Part shown: positions 1 through 10,261 of the stretch, one piece after another
Layout: each line of letters starts with the position of its first letter
Position numbering within the stretch: the stretch's first letter is position 1
The notes under the pieces: generated by a model
What the model saw: only the letters and a program-made list of their open reading frames with translations
The model's database searches: none
What the model was told of the DNA's origin: nothing
Position numbers and translations under genes: made by a program
Assembly (NCBI GenBank): GCA_037200905.1
Contig: JBBCGN010000001.1
Coordinates: 25,380 to 89,379, forward strand
Reading direction: 5' to 3'
DNA: 64,000 bases
From: a bacterium
GTDB lineage: Bacteria > Patescibacteriota > Minisyncoccia > Phycocordibacterales > UBA9973

Positions 1-491
1 GTACCTGCCTTTTGGACGCCGACATGGGTTTTCTGTCCTTGATAAGGATTCGGGTCAGCCGGAATTTTTGTGATCTGCATGTCCGAGCCGGCTGCCGATG
101 GAGGAGCGATGAATTTTTCCAGCCACGCCGAACTGCCCTGAAGAGTGGATTCCGAGATATTCTTATTCAAATTGATGAACTCTTTCTTGAGGATATTGCA
201 GTTCATCTCGGAGAGCATGCCCATCATGGAAGCGATGTCCAAGAAGGACAGGATCTGCCCGATTTTTTCTTGGGCCTGCGACGGGGCGGTGTACATGTCG
301 GAGATGACCTCCATGCCCAAGGTTCGCAGTTTGGCACGAATAGGCTCATCCTTGTCGAGGATGTCCGTGACCATGAAGAGGGCCGCAATGAGCTTATTAA
401 CCTTATTATTCGGGACATTAAGAGATTTGTCCTTTACGGCAACGTCAGCCTGACCCGCCGAGTCCTTTAAGCTTTTATCATCGTGTATCAT
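1..491 (-). CDS. hypothetical protein, 5' portion only; ORF runs off the window start, so it is absent from the ORF track
   Basis: My own minus-strand translation from the ATG at 491-489 gives MIHDDKSLKDSAGQADVAVKDKSLNVPNNKVNKLIAALFMVTDILDK... with no stop before position 1. Confidence 0.4.
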   Translation of the reverse strand, partial: MIHDDKSLKDSAGQADVAVKDKSLNVPNNKVNKLIAALFMVTDILDKDEPIRAKLRTLGMEVISDMYTAPSQAQEKIGQILSFLDIASMMGMLSEMNCNILKKEFINLNKNISESTLQGSSAWLEKFIAPPSAAGSDMQITKIPADPNPYQGQKTHVGVQKAG

Positions 492-495
492 ATGT

Positions 496-528
496 CCATT
501 ATACTCTATAAGACACTAAAAGTCAAGG
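496..528 (-). promoter_or_regulatory. sigma70-like promoter TTGACT-N17-TATAAT, 6 nt upstream of the ATG at 491 (near-leaderless)
   Basis: Reverse complement of 481-530 reads acccTTGACTtttagtgtcttatagagTATAATggacatATG. Confidence 0.5.
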
Positions 529-546
529 GTACGGCTAAAGGACTGA

Positions 547-625
547 AAATGGCGAAATACGGAGGTTTTCGCCTGCGGGCACGGCTGCGTTTTGGCCGCC
601 AGAAAACCTCCGTATTTCGCCATTT
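547..625. repeat. 24-bp perfect inverted repeat (aaatggcgaaatacggaggttttc / gaaaacctccgtatttcgccattt) flanking a 31-nt GC-rich loop, in the divergent intergenic region upstream of ftsK
   Basis: Arm 547-570 is the exact reverse complement of arm 602-625. Confidence 0.8.
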
Positions 626-675
626 CACTATCGGCGTAGCGAACCTCTGCGGATAAAATGTGTTAAAATACCTCC

Positions 676-2901
676 ATGGCAAAAAACGACAAGGCTAAGT
701 CCAAGAAGAAATCTGGCCCTTCCTCCCGAGAACCCTCAAAAAAATTGAAAGTCGAGACGAAGCACGGCATCTGGGCGGTCGTCTTTTTCGTTTTGGCGCT
801 GTTTACCCTCATGTCCTACTTCGGCGGGGCGGGGGTCGCCGGCAATGCCGTCTATAATCTCTTCCATTCCCTGCTCGGCGTCGGCTACATCCTCTTGCCG
901 CTGCTCTTCATCCTGCTCGGCTCGTCCTTCATCAAATCCGAGAGCCCGGACATCGGCTGGACCCGCGCCGTCAGTTCCCTGCTCTTCCTGCTCTCCTCCC
1001 TCGGCATCATCGACGTCGTGTCCACGTCGCACGCCGGCGGCCTGCTCGGCAGGGTGCTCGCCGTGCCGTTCGTGGCCCTTTTCGACGTCTATGCCAGCAT
1101 CATCTTCCTCGGGGCCATCCTGATCATTGCCATCCTGATCATGTTCGATGCAAAGCCTGCGCTCATCCCATTCTTCCAGCATTTGATGGACCGCCTGCAG
1201 GGCAAGAAGCCGGAAAAGAAAGACAAAGAAAAAGAGGAGAAGGAATTCGAACCGAAGCTCGCGCCGCGCGAAGAAGAAACCCACGAGGAACCGGTCTCCG
1301 CTCCGAGTAAGTTCAAGCAGGCTCTCGGCATCACTGCGAAGAAGCCGGACGAGGAGGAAGAGGAAGTCATGCCTATCAAAAAGAGGAAAGGCGCTCTCGT
1401 CTCTACCTATGTCCCTCCCCCTCTCAACCTACTCGAAGAAGACCAGGGCAAGCCGAACACCGGCGACATCAAGGCCAATGCCAACATCATCAAGCGCACG
1501 CTCGCGAACTTCGGCATCGAAGTGGAGATGGACGAGATCACCGTCGGCCCGACCGTCACCCGCTATGCTCTGAAGCCAGCGGAAGGCGTGAAGCTTTCCC
1601 GCATCGTCGGCCTGCAATCCGACCTGGCCCTCGCTCTCGCTGCTCACCCCATACGCATCGAGGCTCCTATCCCGGGCAAGTCCCTCGTCGGCATCGAGAT
1701 CCCGAACAAGGGCAAGTCCATCGTCGGTCTGGCGACCCTCCTCGGCGACAGCAAATTCCAGGATTCGCCGAAGCCTCTCACTATCGCCCTCGGCCGGGGC
1801 ATTTCCGGCAAGGCAGTCTTCGGGAACCTGGCCAAGATGCCCCATGCCCTCGTGGCCGGCACTACCGGATCGGGCAAATCGGTCACTATCCACTCCATGG
1901 TGGTATCGCTTCTCTATAGGAACGGCCCGGATGACCTCAAGCTCATCATGGTTGACCCGAAGCGCGTCGAGTTGACCCTGTACAACAAAATCCCCCACCT
2001 CCTGACCCCGGTCATCACAGACGCGAAGAAGACCATACTGGCGCTCAAATGGGCGGCCAAGGAGATGAATCGCCGCTACGACATCCTCGAATCGGAATCC
2101 GTGCGCGATATCGAGTCATATCATAACAACATCCAGGCTGGCGGCCCGAAGAAGACGCGCAAGAACGCCGACGGCAGCGAGGAAGAAGTCGATGTCGAGC
2201 GTATGCCGTATATCGTCATCTTCATAGACGAGCTCGCCGACATCATGACCTCATACCCTCGCGAGCTCGAGTCGGCCATCGTGCGCCTGGCCCAGATGTC
2301 CCGCGCCGTCGGCATACACCTGATACTCTCCACCCAGCGTCCCGAGGTGAACGTCATCACCGGCCTCATCAAGGCGAACATCCCTGCCCGCGTCGCCCTC
2401 AAAGTGTCTTCGCAGATCGATTCCCGCACCATCCTCGATGCCGGGGGGGCGGAAAAACTGCTCGGCGCCGGCGACATGCTCTATTCTTCCGGCGAAGCCC
2501 AGCCTGAACGCCTGCAGTCGGCATACATATCCGAGAATGAAGTGAAGAAAGTGGTGAAGTACCTCGCCGATGCGTACAAGGACGAGATCATGGAAGAAAT
2601 AGCCATATCGGGCGGCGGCATCTCCGCGGACAAGAGCATCTTTGAAAGCACTCTCGATGACGACGGAGACAGCGAAGACGATGATGAGATGTACGAGGAA
2701 GCCCGGGCCGTGGTCATCGAAGCCGGCAAGGCATCGACCTCATACCTGCAGAGAAAATTGAAACTCGGCTATGCTCGCGCGGCACGGCTGATGGACAAGC
2801 TCGAAGAGCGCGGAGTGATCGGTCCCGGCGACGGCGCCAAGCCTCGCGAAGTCCTCGAAGGCATCCAGCGTGACGAAACAGGAGGAAATATAGTACAGTA
2901 A
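676..2901 (+). CDS. ftsK: DNA translocase FtsK/SpoIIIE
   Basis: N-terminal TM helices, Walker A GTTGSGKS, a C-terminal gamma winged-helix (YLQRKLKLGYARAARLMDKLEERGVI), and an acidic linker. Confidence 0.9.
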   Translation: MAKNDKAKSKKKSGPSSREPSKKLKVETKHGIWAVVFFVLALFTLMSYFGGAGVAGNAVYNLFHSLLGVGYILLPLLFILLGSSFIKSESPDIGWTRAVSSLLFLLSSLGIIDVVSTSHAGGLLGRVLAVPFVALFDVYASIIFLGAILIIAILIMFDAKPALIPFFQHLMDRLQGKKPEKKDKEKEEKEFEPKLAPREEETHEEPVSAPSKFKQALGITAKKPDEEEEEVMPIKKRKGALVSTYVPPPLNLLEEDQGKPNTGDIKANANIIKRTLANFGIEVEMDEITVGPTVTRYALKPAEGVKLSRIVGLQSDLALALAAHPIRIEAPIPGKSLVGIEIPNKGKSIVGLATLLGDSKFQDSPKPLTIALGRGISGKAVFGNLAKMPHALVAGTTGSGKSVTIHSMVVSLLYRNGPDDLKLIMVDPKRVELTLYNKIPHLLTPVITDAKKTILALKWAAKEMNRRYDILESESVRDIESYHNNIQAGGPKKTRKNADGSEEEVDVERMPYIVIFIDELADIMTSYPRELESAIVRLAQMSRAVGIHLILSTQRPEVNVITGLIKANIPARVALKVSSQIDSRTILDAGGAEKLLGAGDMLYSSGEAQPERLQSAYISENEVKKVVKYLADAYKDEIMEEIAISGGGISADKSIFESTLDDDGDSEDDDEMYEEARAVVIEAGKASTSYLQRKLKLGYARAARLMDKLEERGVIGPGDGAKPREVLEGIQRDETGGNIVQ

Positions 2902-2908
2902 GTGCTAT

Positions 2909-3262
2909 ATGAACCGCAACGGCAAAAGAATCATCCGCATAGCCCTCATAAGCATCTTCTTTCTCGGCATCGTCTTCTACGCCTACTACCGCTCCAGAGA
3001 CCTCATTTTCGGGGTCACCATACGGAATGTGAACCTCGTCGACGGCGCGACCATGCCGGCGGCCCTTATAAAAGTGACCGGAAACGCGAAAAATGCCACG
3101 TTCCTGTCCCTCGACGACCGGGAGATCTCCATCAATGAGCAGGGCGACTTCAGCGAAGATGTTGCGCTCCTCCCGGGATATAATATAATCACCCTGAAAG
3201 CCAAGGATAAGTTCGGCAACGCCGATGAGAAAGATTATAAGCTAATGCTCGCTCCGCAATAG
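2909..3262 (+). CDS. hypothetical protein with an N-terminal TM anchor
   Basis: 117-aa ORF with a hydrophobic N-terminus ([17 protein letters not shown]), placed between ftsK and recA. Confidence 0.5.
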   Translation: MNRNGKRIIRIALISIFFLGIVFYAYYRSRDLIFGVTIRNVNLVDGATMPAALIKVTGNAKNATFLSLDDREISINEQGDFSEDVALLPGYNIITLKAKDKFGNADEKDYKLMLAPQ

Positions 3263-3326
3263 ACGGGCGCAGGGGAATACTATCGCGCTAAATGGACTTG
3301 CGCGATATGATTTCGCAAAATCAGAT

Positions 3327-4391
3327 ATGAAAAAGAAAAGCGAACCAAAAGAGAAGAAGGTGATCAGCAATAATGACGACGGTCAGGCCCTCGCGAATAC
3401 ACTAAAGGCAATCCAGACGAAATTCGGCGAAGGCTCGATAATGAAGCTCGGCGAGAAGCCGAGAGTCGATCTGAACGTCATTCCGACCGGCAGCTTGGGC
3501 CTCGATATGGCTCTCGGCGTCGGCGGAGTGCCTCGCGGCAGGATATTGGAAATCTTCGGTCCGGAATCTTCCGGCAAGACTACCCTCGCCCTCCACATCG
3601 TCGCAGAAGCCCAGAAGAAAGGCGGCATCTGCGCCTACATCGACGCTGAGCACGCCATGGATCCGAACTACGCGCGCAATCTCGGGGTGAAGATCGACGA
3701 GCTGCTCATCTCCCAGCCTGACACCGGCGAGCAGGCCCTCGACATCACCGAATCCCTCATCCGCTCCGGCAAGATCGATGTCGTCGTCATCGACTCCGTC
3801 GCCGCCCTCACCCCTGAAGCCGAGATCGAGGGCGACATGGGAGCACAGCATGTCGGCCGCCAGGCCCGCCTGATGTCACATGCTCTCCGCAAGATGACGG
3901 CCATCGTGGCGAAGTCGAAGACCGTGGTCATCTTCATCAACCAGATCCGCATGCAGATCGGCGTGATGTTCGGGAATCCCGAGACCACCCCGGGTGGCAA
4001 GGCGCTCAAATTTTACACGTCCGTGCGCCTCGACATCCGCCGCATTGCCCAGATAAAGAAGGGCGAAGACGTAGTGGGCGGCCGCACCCGCGTGAAAGTG
4101 GTGAAGAACAAAGTGGCCGCGCCTTTCAAGCAGACAGAGTTTGATATCATTTACGGCGAAGGCATCTCTCATGAAGGCGAACTGATGGCCCTCGGCGAGA
4201 AGCTCGGCATCATCGACAAGTCCGGCGCCTCGTACTCGTACAAGGGCAAGGACGGCGAGAAAGTCAGCATGGGCCGCGGCTATGACGCCACGAGGACATG
4301 GCTCAAGGAAAATGCGAAAGTGACGAAAGAATTGGAAAAGGAGATCCGCAGCCGGTTCGGCGAGATACAAGTGGCGAGCTCAGGGGAATAA
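3327..4391 (+). CDS. recA: recombinase RecA
   Basis: [13 protein letters not shown] Walker A and RecA-wide similarity. Confidence 0.95.
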   Translation: MKKKSEPKEKKVISNNDDGQALANTLKAIQTKFGEGSIMKLGEKPRVDLNVIPTGSLGLDMALGVGGVPRGRILEIFGPESSGKTTLALHIVAEAQKKGGICAYIDAEHAMDPNYARNLGVKIDELLISQPDTGEQALDITESLIRSGKIDVVVIDSVAALTPEAEIEGDMGAQHVGRQARLMSHALRKMTAIVAKSKTVVIFINQIRMQIGVMFGNPETTPGGKALKFYTSVRLDIRRIAQIKKGEDVVGGRTRVKVVKNKVAAPFKQTEFDIIYGEGISHEGELMALGEKLGIIDKSGASYSYKGKDGEKVSMGRGYDATRTWLKENAKVTKELEKEIRSRFGEIQVASSGE

Positions 4392-4404
4392 CATATGCGA
4401 AAGA

Positions 4405-4446
4405 AAAAACCGCTCCGACCTAGGTCGGAACGGTTTTTTTTGATGC
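4405..4446 (+). terminator. rho-independent terminator after recA
   Basis: ccgctccgacc tag gtcggaacgg hairpin followed by an 8-T run. Confidence 0.6.
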
Positions 4447-4449
4447 TGA

Positions 4450-4860
4450 CTATCTCCTGCCCCTGAAAAAAACTTTTACATAAAACAGACTGGCGAAAAT
4501 AGCAACGGCAAAAAATGCTGCGACCCAATAACTGACAAACCATCTCAAGACCTCGTTGCGAATAGACATAGCATCCCGCGCAACAAGCATGAAACTGCCT
4601 ACAGTTATAAAGAGCAAGAAGATCATCCATACGACATGGTTCTGCACGAAAGAGTTGCCTGAAAAGCGGACAGCTAAAATAATAGCGAAAATCGATGTGG
4701 CTGCGGCAAGCCACCACCTAGGAAAAGAGATATCCCAGATACTGATACCCTGCGGACGTATCCAATACAGAGCAATGAGTATAGGAAAAAGCAGAATAAG
4801 AAATGTTCTTGTTCTCATACATATGGTTTTAATTGTTATAAAATAACGAAAATTTATCAC
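4450..4860 (-). CDS. hypothetical integral membrane protein
   Basis: The ORF has three to four hydrophobic helices. The start is uncertain; an internal M at about 4818 is possible. Confidence 0.4.
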   Translation of the reverse strand: MINFRYFITIKTICMRTRTFLILLFPILIALYWIRPQGISIWDISFPRWWLAAATSIFAIILAVRFSGNSFVQNHVVWMIFLLFITVGSFMLVARDAMSIRNEVLRWFVSYWVAAFFAVAIFASLFYVKVFFRGRR

Positions 4861-4928
4861 ATCATAATCTTTTCATCGAAAAAGTAAAGAATTTGCAGAG
4901 CCTCGAAAAATTTGTTAGTATCGTTCAC

Positions 4929-5507
4929 ATGGCACAATTGCAATACAACGAAATACGCGAGAAAAAGATTATCATACACGACGATGAGCCGTGCGAAGTA
5001 GTGGAGTCGCATGTCGCCCGCACTCAGCAGCGAAAGCCGCAGAATCAGGTGAAGCTCAAGAGCCTCATCTCCGGCAAAACTTTTGCTGCGACCTTTCATG
5101 TTTCCGATTCCGCAGATGAAGCGGACCTTACCAAGAAAGACGTAAAATTCCTCTATCACAACCGCGGCGAATACTGGTTCGCTGATCCGGAAAACCCGCG
5201 AGACCGCTTCATGCTCAATGCATCGCTCCTCGGCGACACGACGAAATTCCTCAAGGAAAACGGAAACGTTACCGCTCTCGTGTGGGACAATGACGGCGAA
5301 GAAAAGACCATCGGCCTCACCCTCCCTATCAAGATGGAATTCAAGGTGAAAGAAGCTCCGCCGGCAGTGCGCGGCGACACCTCGAAGGGCGGCAACAAGA
5401 TCATCGTCCTCGAGAACGGCACCACCCTCAACGCTCCGATGTTCATCGCCGAAGGCGATGTCATCCGGGTAAATACCGAAACCGGCGACTACGTCGAACG
5501 GGTCTAG
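4929..5507 (+). CDS. efp: elongation factor P
   Basis: KSLISGKTFAATFHVSDSADEADL aligns to the EF-P KOW/OB domains. The likely start is MAQLQYNE at 4929. The loop tip is TQQRKPQNQ rather than KPGKGQA. Confidence 0.8.
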   Translation: MAQLQYNEIREKKIIIHDDEPCEVVESHVARTQQRKPQNQVKLKSLISGKTFAATFHVSDSADEADLTKKDVKFLYHNRGEYWFADPENPRDRFMLNASLLGDTTKFLKENGNVTALVWDNDGEEKTIGLTLPIKMEFKVKEAPPAVRGDTSKGGNKIIVLENGTTLNAPMFIAEGDVIRVNTETGDYVERV

Positions 5508-6679
5508 TGCTTGTATCTCCTCCTGTGTAATCGAACAGGCGAAGAAACCGATATCTCCAGGGATATCGGTTTCTTGCTGATACACGCGAAGATGATCAGA
5601 TTACTCAAGATGATGATTCCTCCGACGACGATGGTCCATGTCGGACCGACGATGCCGTACAGGATGCCTCCGAGAATCGGCCCCAGCGTCCAGCCGAAAT
5701 CCTCGAACAAGCTGATGGTCCCTGAGACAAGTCCGTAATTCTCGTGCTTCTTGTCTATGCCGTACAGCCACGACCACAGCGACAAGCCGGAAAGCTCGTC
5801 TCCCGCAGTGGCGAGAAACCCGAGGAGAAGGAACAAAGGACCGAAGTTGAAACCTATACAGATGGCGGCTATGGAAAAGACGAGGAGACCGGAAAACACG
5901 AGCAGTTTCTTGTTGAACATATCCACCATCTTCCCTAAGACGAATCCCAGCACCACTACGGAAAAGTCGAAGATGCTGAGCCCTACCCCGAGGAGGCCGC
6001 TCTCGGCCTGATGAGCGATAAGAAGCGGCACTACGAACCACACGATTCCGTAAAATGTGGCTGCGCTCAAGCTAAGCGAAAGCAGCATGAGGCTGGCGGG
6101 TCTGAGGCGCATGACCTCGCGATATGCATTGGAAAGAAAATTCTTCTTCAGGCGGTATGGGTTATGCTCCGCAAGATGGATCACTCGTCCTGTATTGATA
6201 GGGTTCTCTTTCGGAGCGATGGAAATCAATATGTATGCACCGAGAAAGATGATGAGCATGAGTACGGCTATCAGCCTGACGTCCAAGAGCACTATGAACG
6301 GGACGACGACGCTCGCGAGCACGATGCCGACAGACGCGAAGACGTCGCGGCTCGAGAGGAACATCGATACAGAACCCTTTGCTGATTGATTTACGGAGTA
6401 CGCGCTTATCCCCGGACCGAAGAATAGCCATCCGAAGATGCTGGCGACGAGCGATAATACGAAAGATATCTTCGACAGCCCGAACAAGAGGCATACTACG
6501 GCGGCCATGAAGAAAAGGGTCGTAGCCTTGAGCATTCTCCTGTACCCGTATCTGTCGAGCATATATCCTGCGGGAATATCGAGGAGAAGCTGGCACAGCG
6601 CCGCAAGGCCTATCATCAGGCCGACGAGCCAGAGCGGAAAAAGCCTTTCTCCGAACGGAGACATGAGAGTATAGTGCAC
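5504..6679 (-). CDS. MFS transporter
   Basis: 391 aa with about 12 TM helices and an MFS-like topology. Confidence 0.7.
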   Translation of the reverse strand: MHYTLMSPFGERLFPLWLVGLMIGLAALCQLLLDIPAGYMLDRYGYRRMLKATTLFFMAAVVCLLFGLSKISFVLSLVASIFGWLFFGPGISAYSVNQSAKGSVSMFLSSRDVFASVGIVLASVVVPFIVLLDVRLIAVLMLIIFLGAYILISIAPKENPINTGRVIHLAEHNPYRLKKNFLSNAYREVMRLRPASLMLLSLSLSAATFYGIVWFVVPLLIAHQAESGLLGVGLSIFDFSVVVLGFVLGKMVDMFNKKLLVFSGLLVFSIAAICIGFNFGPLFLLLGFLATAGDELSGLSLWSWLYGIDKKHENYGLVSGTISLFEDFGWTLGPILGGILYGIVGPTWTIVVGGIIILSNLIIFACISKKPISLEISVSSPVRLHRRRYKH

Positions 6680-6809
6680 AGTCCCGCTCCGAACTTGAAG
6701 GAAGTCAGGAAAAGCCAGAACGGCAGGAATTTTTTCAGTGCATGAGACGATTGTCCGGCTCGTATAGGACTATTATTGTCTTCAGACATGGTTACATTAT
6801 ATACGGAAA

Positions 6810-6842
6810 ATAAAATACCTCCCAATCGGGAGGTATTTTAGA
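6810..6842 (-). terminator. terminator downstream of rpsR (end of the rpsF-ssb-rpsR operon)
   Basis: aatacctccc aatc gggaggtatt is a 10-bp perfect stem, followed by a T-run on the minus strand. Confidence 0.65.
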
Positions 6843-6854
6843 GGATAAGCGGAC

Positions 6855-7055
6855 TTATTTAGCTACGAAAGGCAGGAGGCCGAGGAAGCGAGCATGCTTT
6901 ACGGCTTTGCCGAGCTGGCGCTGGTTCTTGGCGGTGACGCCGGTGCGGCGGTGCCCGACGATCTTGCCGCTCGGATTCAAGAATCTCTTGAGGATCTCGA
7001 TATCCTTGTAGTCGATGTATTTTATGTTGTTCGCTGAAAAGTAATCTTGTTTCAT
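6855..7055 (-). CDS. rpsR: 30S ribosomal protein S18
   Basis: [40 protein letters not shown]. Confidence 0.9.
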   Translation of the reverse strand: MKQDYFSANNIKYIDYKDIEILKRFLNPSGKIVGHRRTGVTAKNQRQLGKAVKHARFLGLLPFVAK

Positions 7056-7079
7056 GGGTAGGCTTTAGGCTTTAAATTT

Positions 7080-7535
7080 CTAAAATGGTATGTCTTCGGG
7101 GTTGATATCTTCTTCGGGATATTCGATAGTATCGATCTCTTCAGGGCCTTGGGACTTCGGAGCGTCGCCGGAAGCGGCGGCTGTGCCTCCGCTCGGTGCC
7201 GCGCCTCCTCGCGGTCCGAACTGGGTGCGGTCTGCGACGATCTCGGTGCGGTATTTCTTCTCGCCGCTCGTCTTGTCGTCCCAGCTTCTGGTCTGCATGC
7301 GGCCTTCGACGAGGATGGAGTTGCCCTTCTTCATGTACTGGGCGACCGTCTCTGCCTGGCGTCCGAAGACTACGACATTGTGGTAGTCGGCCGACTCCTG
7401 CTTCGCGCCGTTCTTGTCCTTCCAGACGCGATTGGTAGCGAGAGAGAAGGAGCAGACCTTGATGCCCGAAGGCAGCGAGCGGAGCTCGGGATCGCGGGTC
7501 AGATTGCCTATTACCATTGCCTTGTTGAGATACAT
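7080..7535 (-). CDS. ssb: single-stranded DNA-binding protein
   Basis: OB-fold sequence (MVIGNLTRDPELR...) with a Gly-rich tail ending in DIPF. Confidence 0.9.
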   Translation of the reverse strand: MYLNKAMVIGNLTRDPELRSLPSGIKVCSFSLATNRVWKDKNGAKQESADYHNVVVFGRQAETVAQYMKKGNSILVEGRMQTRSWDDKTSGEKKYRTEIVADRTQFGPRGGAAPSGGTAAASGDAPKSQGPEEIDTIEYPEEDINPEDIPF

Positions 7536-7542
7536 ATATTAT

Positions 7543-8097
7543 TTATGCTGCAGAAACCATAGCTTCGATTTCCTTGTCGACTTCTTCCTTGTTGATCTCG
7601 ACTGGAGCTTCGCCTTCGCGCTTCGCGGTAACCGGTCGGCGATGCGACGTGCCTCCCCCTTCGCGGTGCATGAATCGGCGGGCGGCGATAGTGTTCTCCT
7701 TTACCGTCTTTACGATGAGGAAGCGGATGATATTCGGGTCGAGATCGAGAGTCTTCTTGAGTTCGAGCAGCTTCTGGGAGTCCATGGTGAACTTCACCCA
7801 GCCGAAATATGCCGTATCGTACTTGCTGCGGACGTTCTTGTAGACTTTGAGCATGGTGTACGCGAGCGGGATCATCTTCGGCATCTCGTCGGAGATGAGC
7901 GTGCCCTCCATAGAGGTGACAGCCTCCTTCATATTGCCGTAAAGGGCAGGAACCTGCTCCTCGGCGGTCGTAGGCACCAAAAGATAGCCTATTTCATAGA
8001 CATTTCCGGCTCCGCCGACGTCGACGATAGAATCGCCCTGTATTTCCTGTTTGATTTCCTCATTTATTTCCTTTTCTGCTGACTCTTCTTGCATGGA
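7543..8097 (-). CDS. rpsF: 30S ribosomal protein S6
   Basis: YEIGYLLVP...IPLAYTMLKVYKNVRSKYDTAYFGWVKF matches S6. The likely start is MQEESAEK at 8097. This is the classic rpsF-ssb-rpsR order. Confidence 0.8.
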   Translation of the reverse strand, partial: SMQEESAEKEINEEIKQEIQGDSIVDVGGAGNVYEIGYLLVPTTAEEQVPALYGNMKEAVTSMEGTLISDEMPKMIPLAYTMLKVYKNVRSKYDTAYFGWVKFTMDSQKLLELKKTLDLDPNIIRFLIVKTVKENTIAARRFMHREGGGTSHRRPVTAKREGEAPVEINKEEVDKEIEAMVSAA

Positions 8098-8159
8098 TTC
8101 GATAATAGCAGAGAGTCTGTAAAAAGTAAACCCCCTTGTGATATAATGCTTTTTATGAA

Positions 8160-9350
8160 AGAAAACTTTAGTAATCGGAAAAAAAGCAGGAATCAACAGG
8201 ACTGAAAGATAAAATGCTACGGGTGCTCAAAGGAACGGTTTCTCGCTGCCGGACTCATGTCCGCTCCGGGAGCGGCATCTGCCCCAAAAGCCGGCAATTG
8301 AGGTTCGTAACAAGGAATACGGCAATAAAAATTACGAAACAAAGGACGGCAACTTCCGATATTACCACAACCCCAAGGCTGGCTGGTTTACCGAAATTGG
8401 AGATGAGAAAACAACCTACAGCCTAGGAGCTACGAAATCTCCATTCGAGGACACGGACAAAATGGAATCACAGACACGAGTTCCAGAAAGTTTAGGAGAA
8501 ACGGATTTCTTTAACCAATTACGTAAATGCCGCGTTTTCGACAGATACCGTACTTATTGATAAAAATACCGGAAATAGATACTACAATTTTAGGGAACGC
8601 AATCCAGATATTCAAGGCGTTCCCTACGAGGGGCGAAAAGCACTGGAACATTCAAAGATTCCTGATTGATCCGCAGTATCGCTTCTTTCATATACAGATA
8701 CAGGAAGCTAGGAAAAACGCGCTCTATGATATGTATAAATATTTCTTATATCTCGAAAAAGGCGATCGTGAGAAAGCATGGAAACAAGCAAATGATTTTA
8801 TAGTTCAAAAAGTTGACCCGATCGTAGAGAGTAAATATGCGAAATGGGCGAATGAGAATTATTATAGTATCGGAATCGGTGCATACCCACCCGATACGGC
8901 ATATTATAACGCCGACCTGGAAACACTCTATGGCAACAATGATCATACGGACTTACCTGAAGAAATTCTACAACACAATAGTGATGTCATAACGGGAAAG
9001 AAAAAAGGAAAGCTGTATGGAGCAAAAGAGATCGAAGATATTTTGATAGATTACAACATAGTGTATCGAAAAAAAAGATGCGGAAACAGCAAAGAAAATA
9101 GCGCGCGAATCAATTACATCTGTTATTAATAAGTACAAAGAACAAATAGACCCTGTACCAGAAAAAACCAATCACAGAATACAAAGTTCTGAAAGTGCCC
9201 TCATTACCCTCCAGGTTTTGAGAGCTGGCCTGATGACGAGAAAATGATATGGATAAATGATCCAGAGAATAAAGACCTGATCGGCGAAGTACAAAATGCA
9301 TTTACGGAAAAAGATAGACAAGAAATACTCAGGTTATCTAAGTACTTTTA
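8160..9350 (+). CDS. AT-rich hypothetical gene, protein-like in three shifting frames (at least 3 frameshifts); possibly a pseudogene or of foreign origin
   Basis: Frame-hopping protein-like segments (..YYHNPKAGWFTEIGDEKTTYSLGATKSPFEDTDK.., ..NTGNRYYNFRERNPDIQGVPYEG.., 8527..9129 ORF, ..WPDDEKMIWINDPENKDLIGEVQNAF..). An extended -10 TGaTATAAT sits at 8140-8150. Confidence 0.35.
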
Positions 9351-9387
9351 GATTTGAAGAATCGAAAGATTCCAAAAATTAAATTCC

Positions 9388-10257
9388 GAAGACTCTTTTA
9401 GCGTTATTGATGACCGCCCTGAGCCACTTCAGACTCCGACAAACCCTTCACGAGAGCGATCTTTTTAACTACTTCCCGCACGTAGGCTGGCTCGTTGCGC
9501 CTGCCTCTATACGGCACAGGAGTTACGTATGGGGCATCGGTTTTCAGTCATGATCATATCGAGCGGTGCCATCTTGATGACGTCGTCATAATCTTTGGTA
9601 AAAGTAATAACGCCGGTATAAATGACAGCGTTAAAGCCGAAATCCAGAAACGCTTGTGCAATTTCCGTATTGCCGGCGAAAAAATGCACATCGCCTTTTA
9701 CCCGTGAATGCTCTTTCAGAAGTGTGAGGGCATCAAGATAGGCATTTGGCTTTTTCAGTTCCGCCAGTCTCCAATTCTATCTTGTCATTATTGCGGATAT
9801 GCAGCATCATCGGCTTGCCGACTTCATTCGCAAGTTCTATCTGCTCGACGAAAGCTGTTTTCTGCTTCTCGATGGACTCCGCGTCCATGCGGTAGTAGTC
9901 GAGTCCGCACTCCCCTATAGCCACCGTCTTCGGATTCTTCAAAAGTTCACGATATGCATCCTTGTCGAAGACTTCGCCGCGATATGTGAACTCTTTGCCG
10001 CCTTCGCCAAGCTCTTTCTCATCATGATATGAAGCGCCCGTATGAATAGGATGGAGGCCGATGATGGCATAGACGCCTTCATCATTTTTTTCCGCCAGTT
10101 CTACGGCAGAGCGCGAAGTATCGAGCTGGGGTACCGACATTTATGACCCAGGTCTCGGCATCGAGAGCGCGCTTGATAACTTCATCCCTGTCTTCTTCAA
10201 AGGCTTTGAAGTTCACATGGCTATGGATATCAATATACTTAGGTTCTTTTTGGGGCA
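9388..10257 (-). CDS. tatD: TatD-family DNase (frameshifted)
   Basis: IDIHSHVNF N-terminus, AIGECGLDYYR, and a C-terminus ..AQAVINNAKRVFGI. One shift, at about 10136, is an extra C in a CCCC run. Confidence 0.75.
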
Positions 10258-10261
10258 TAAC

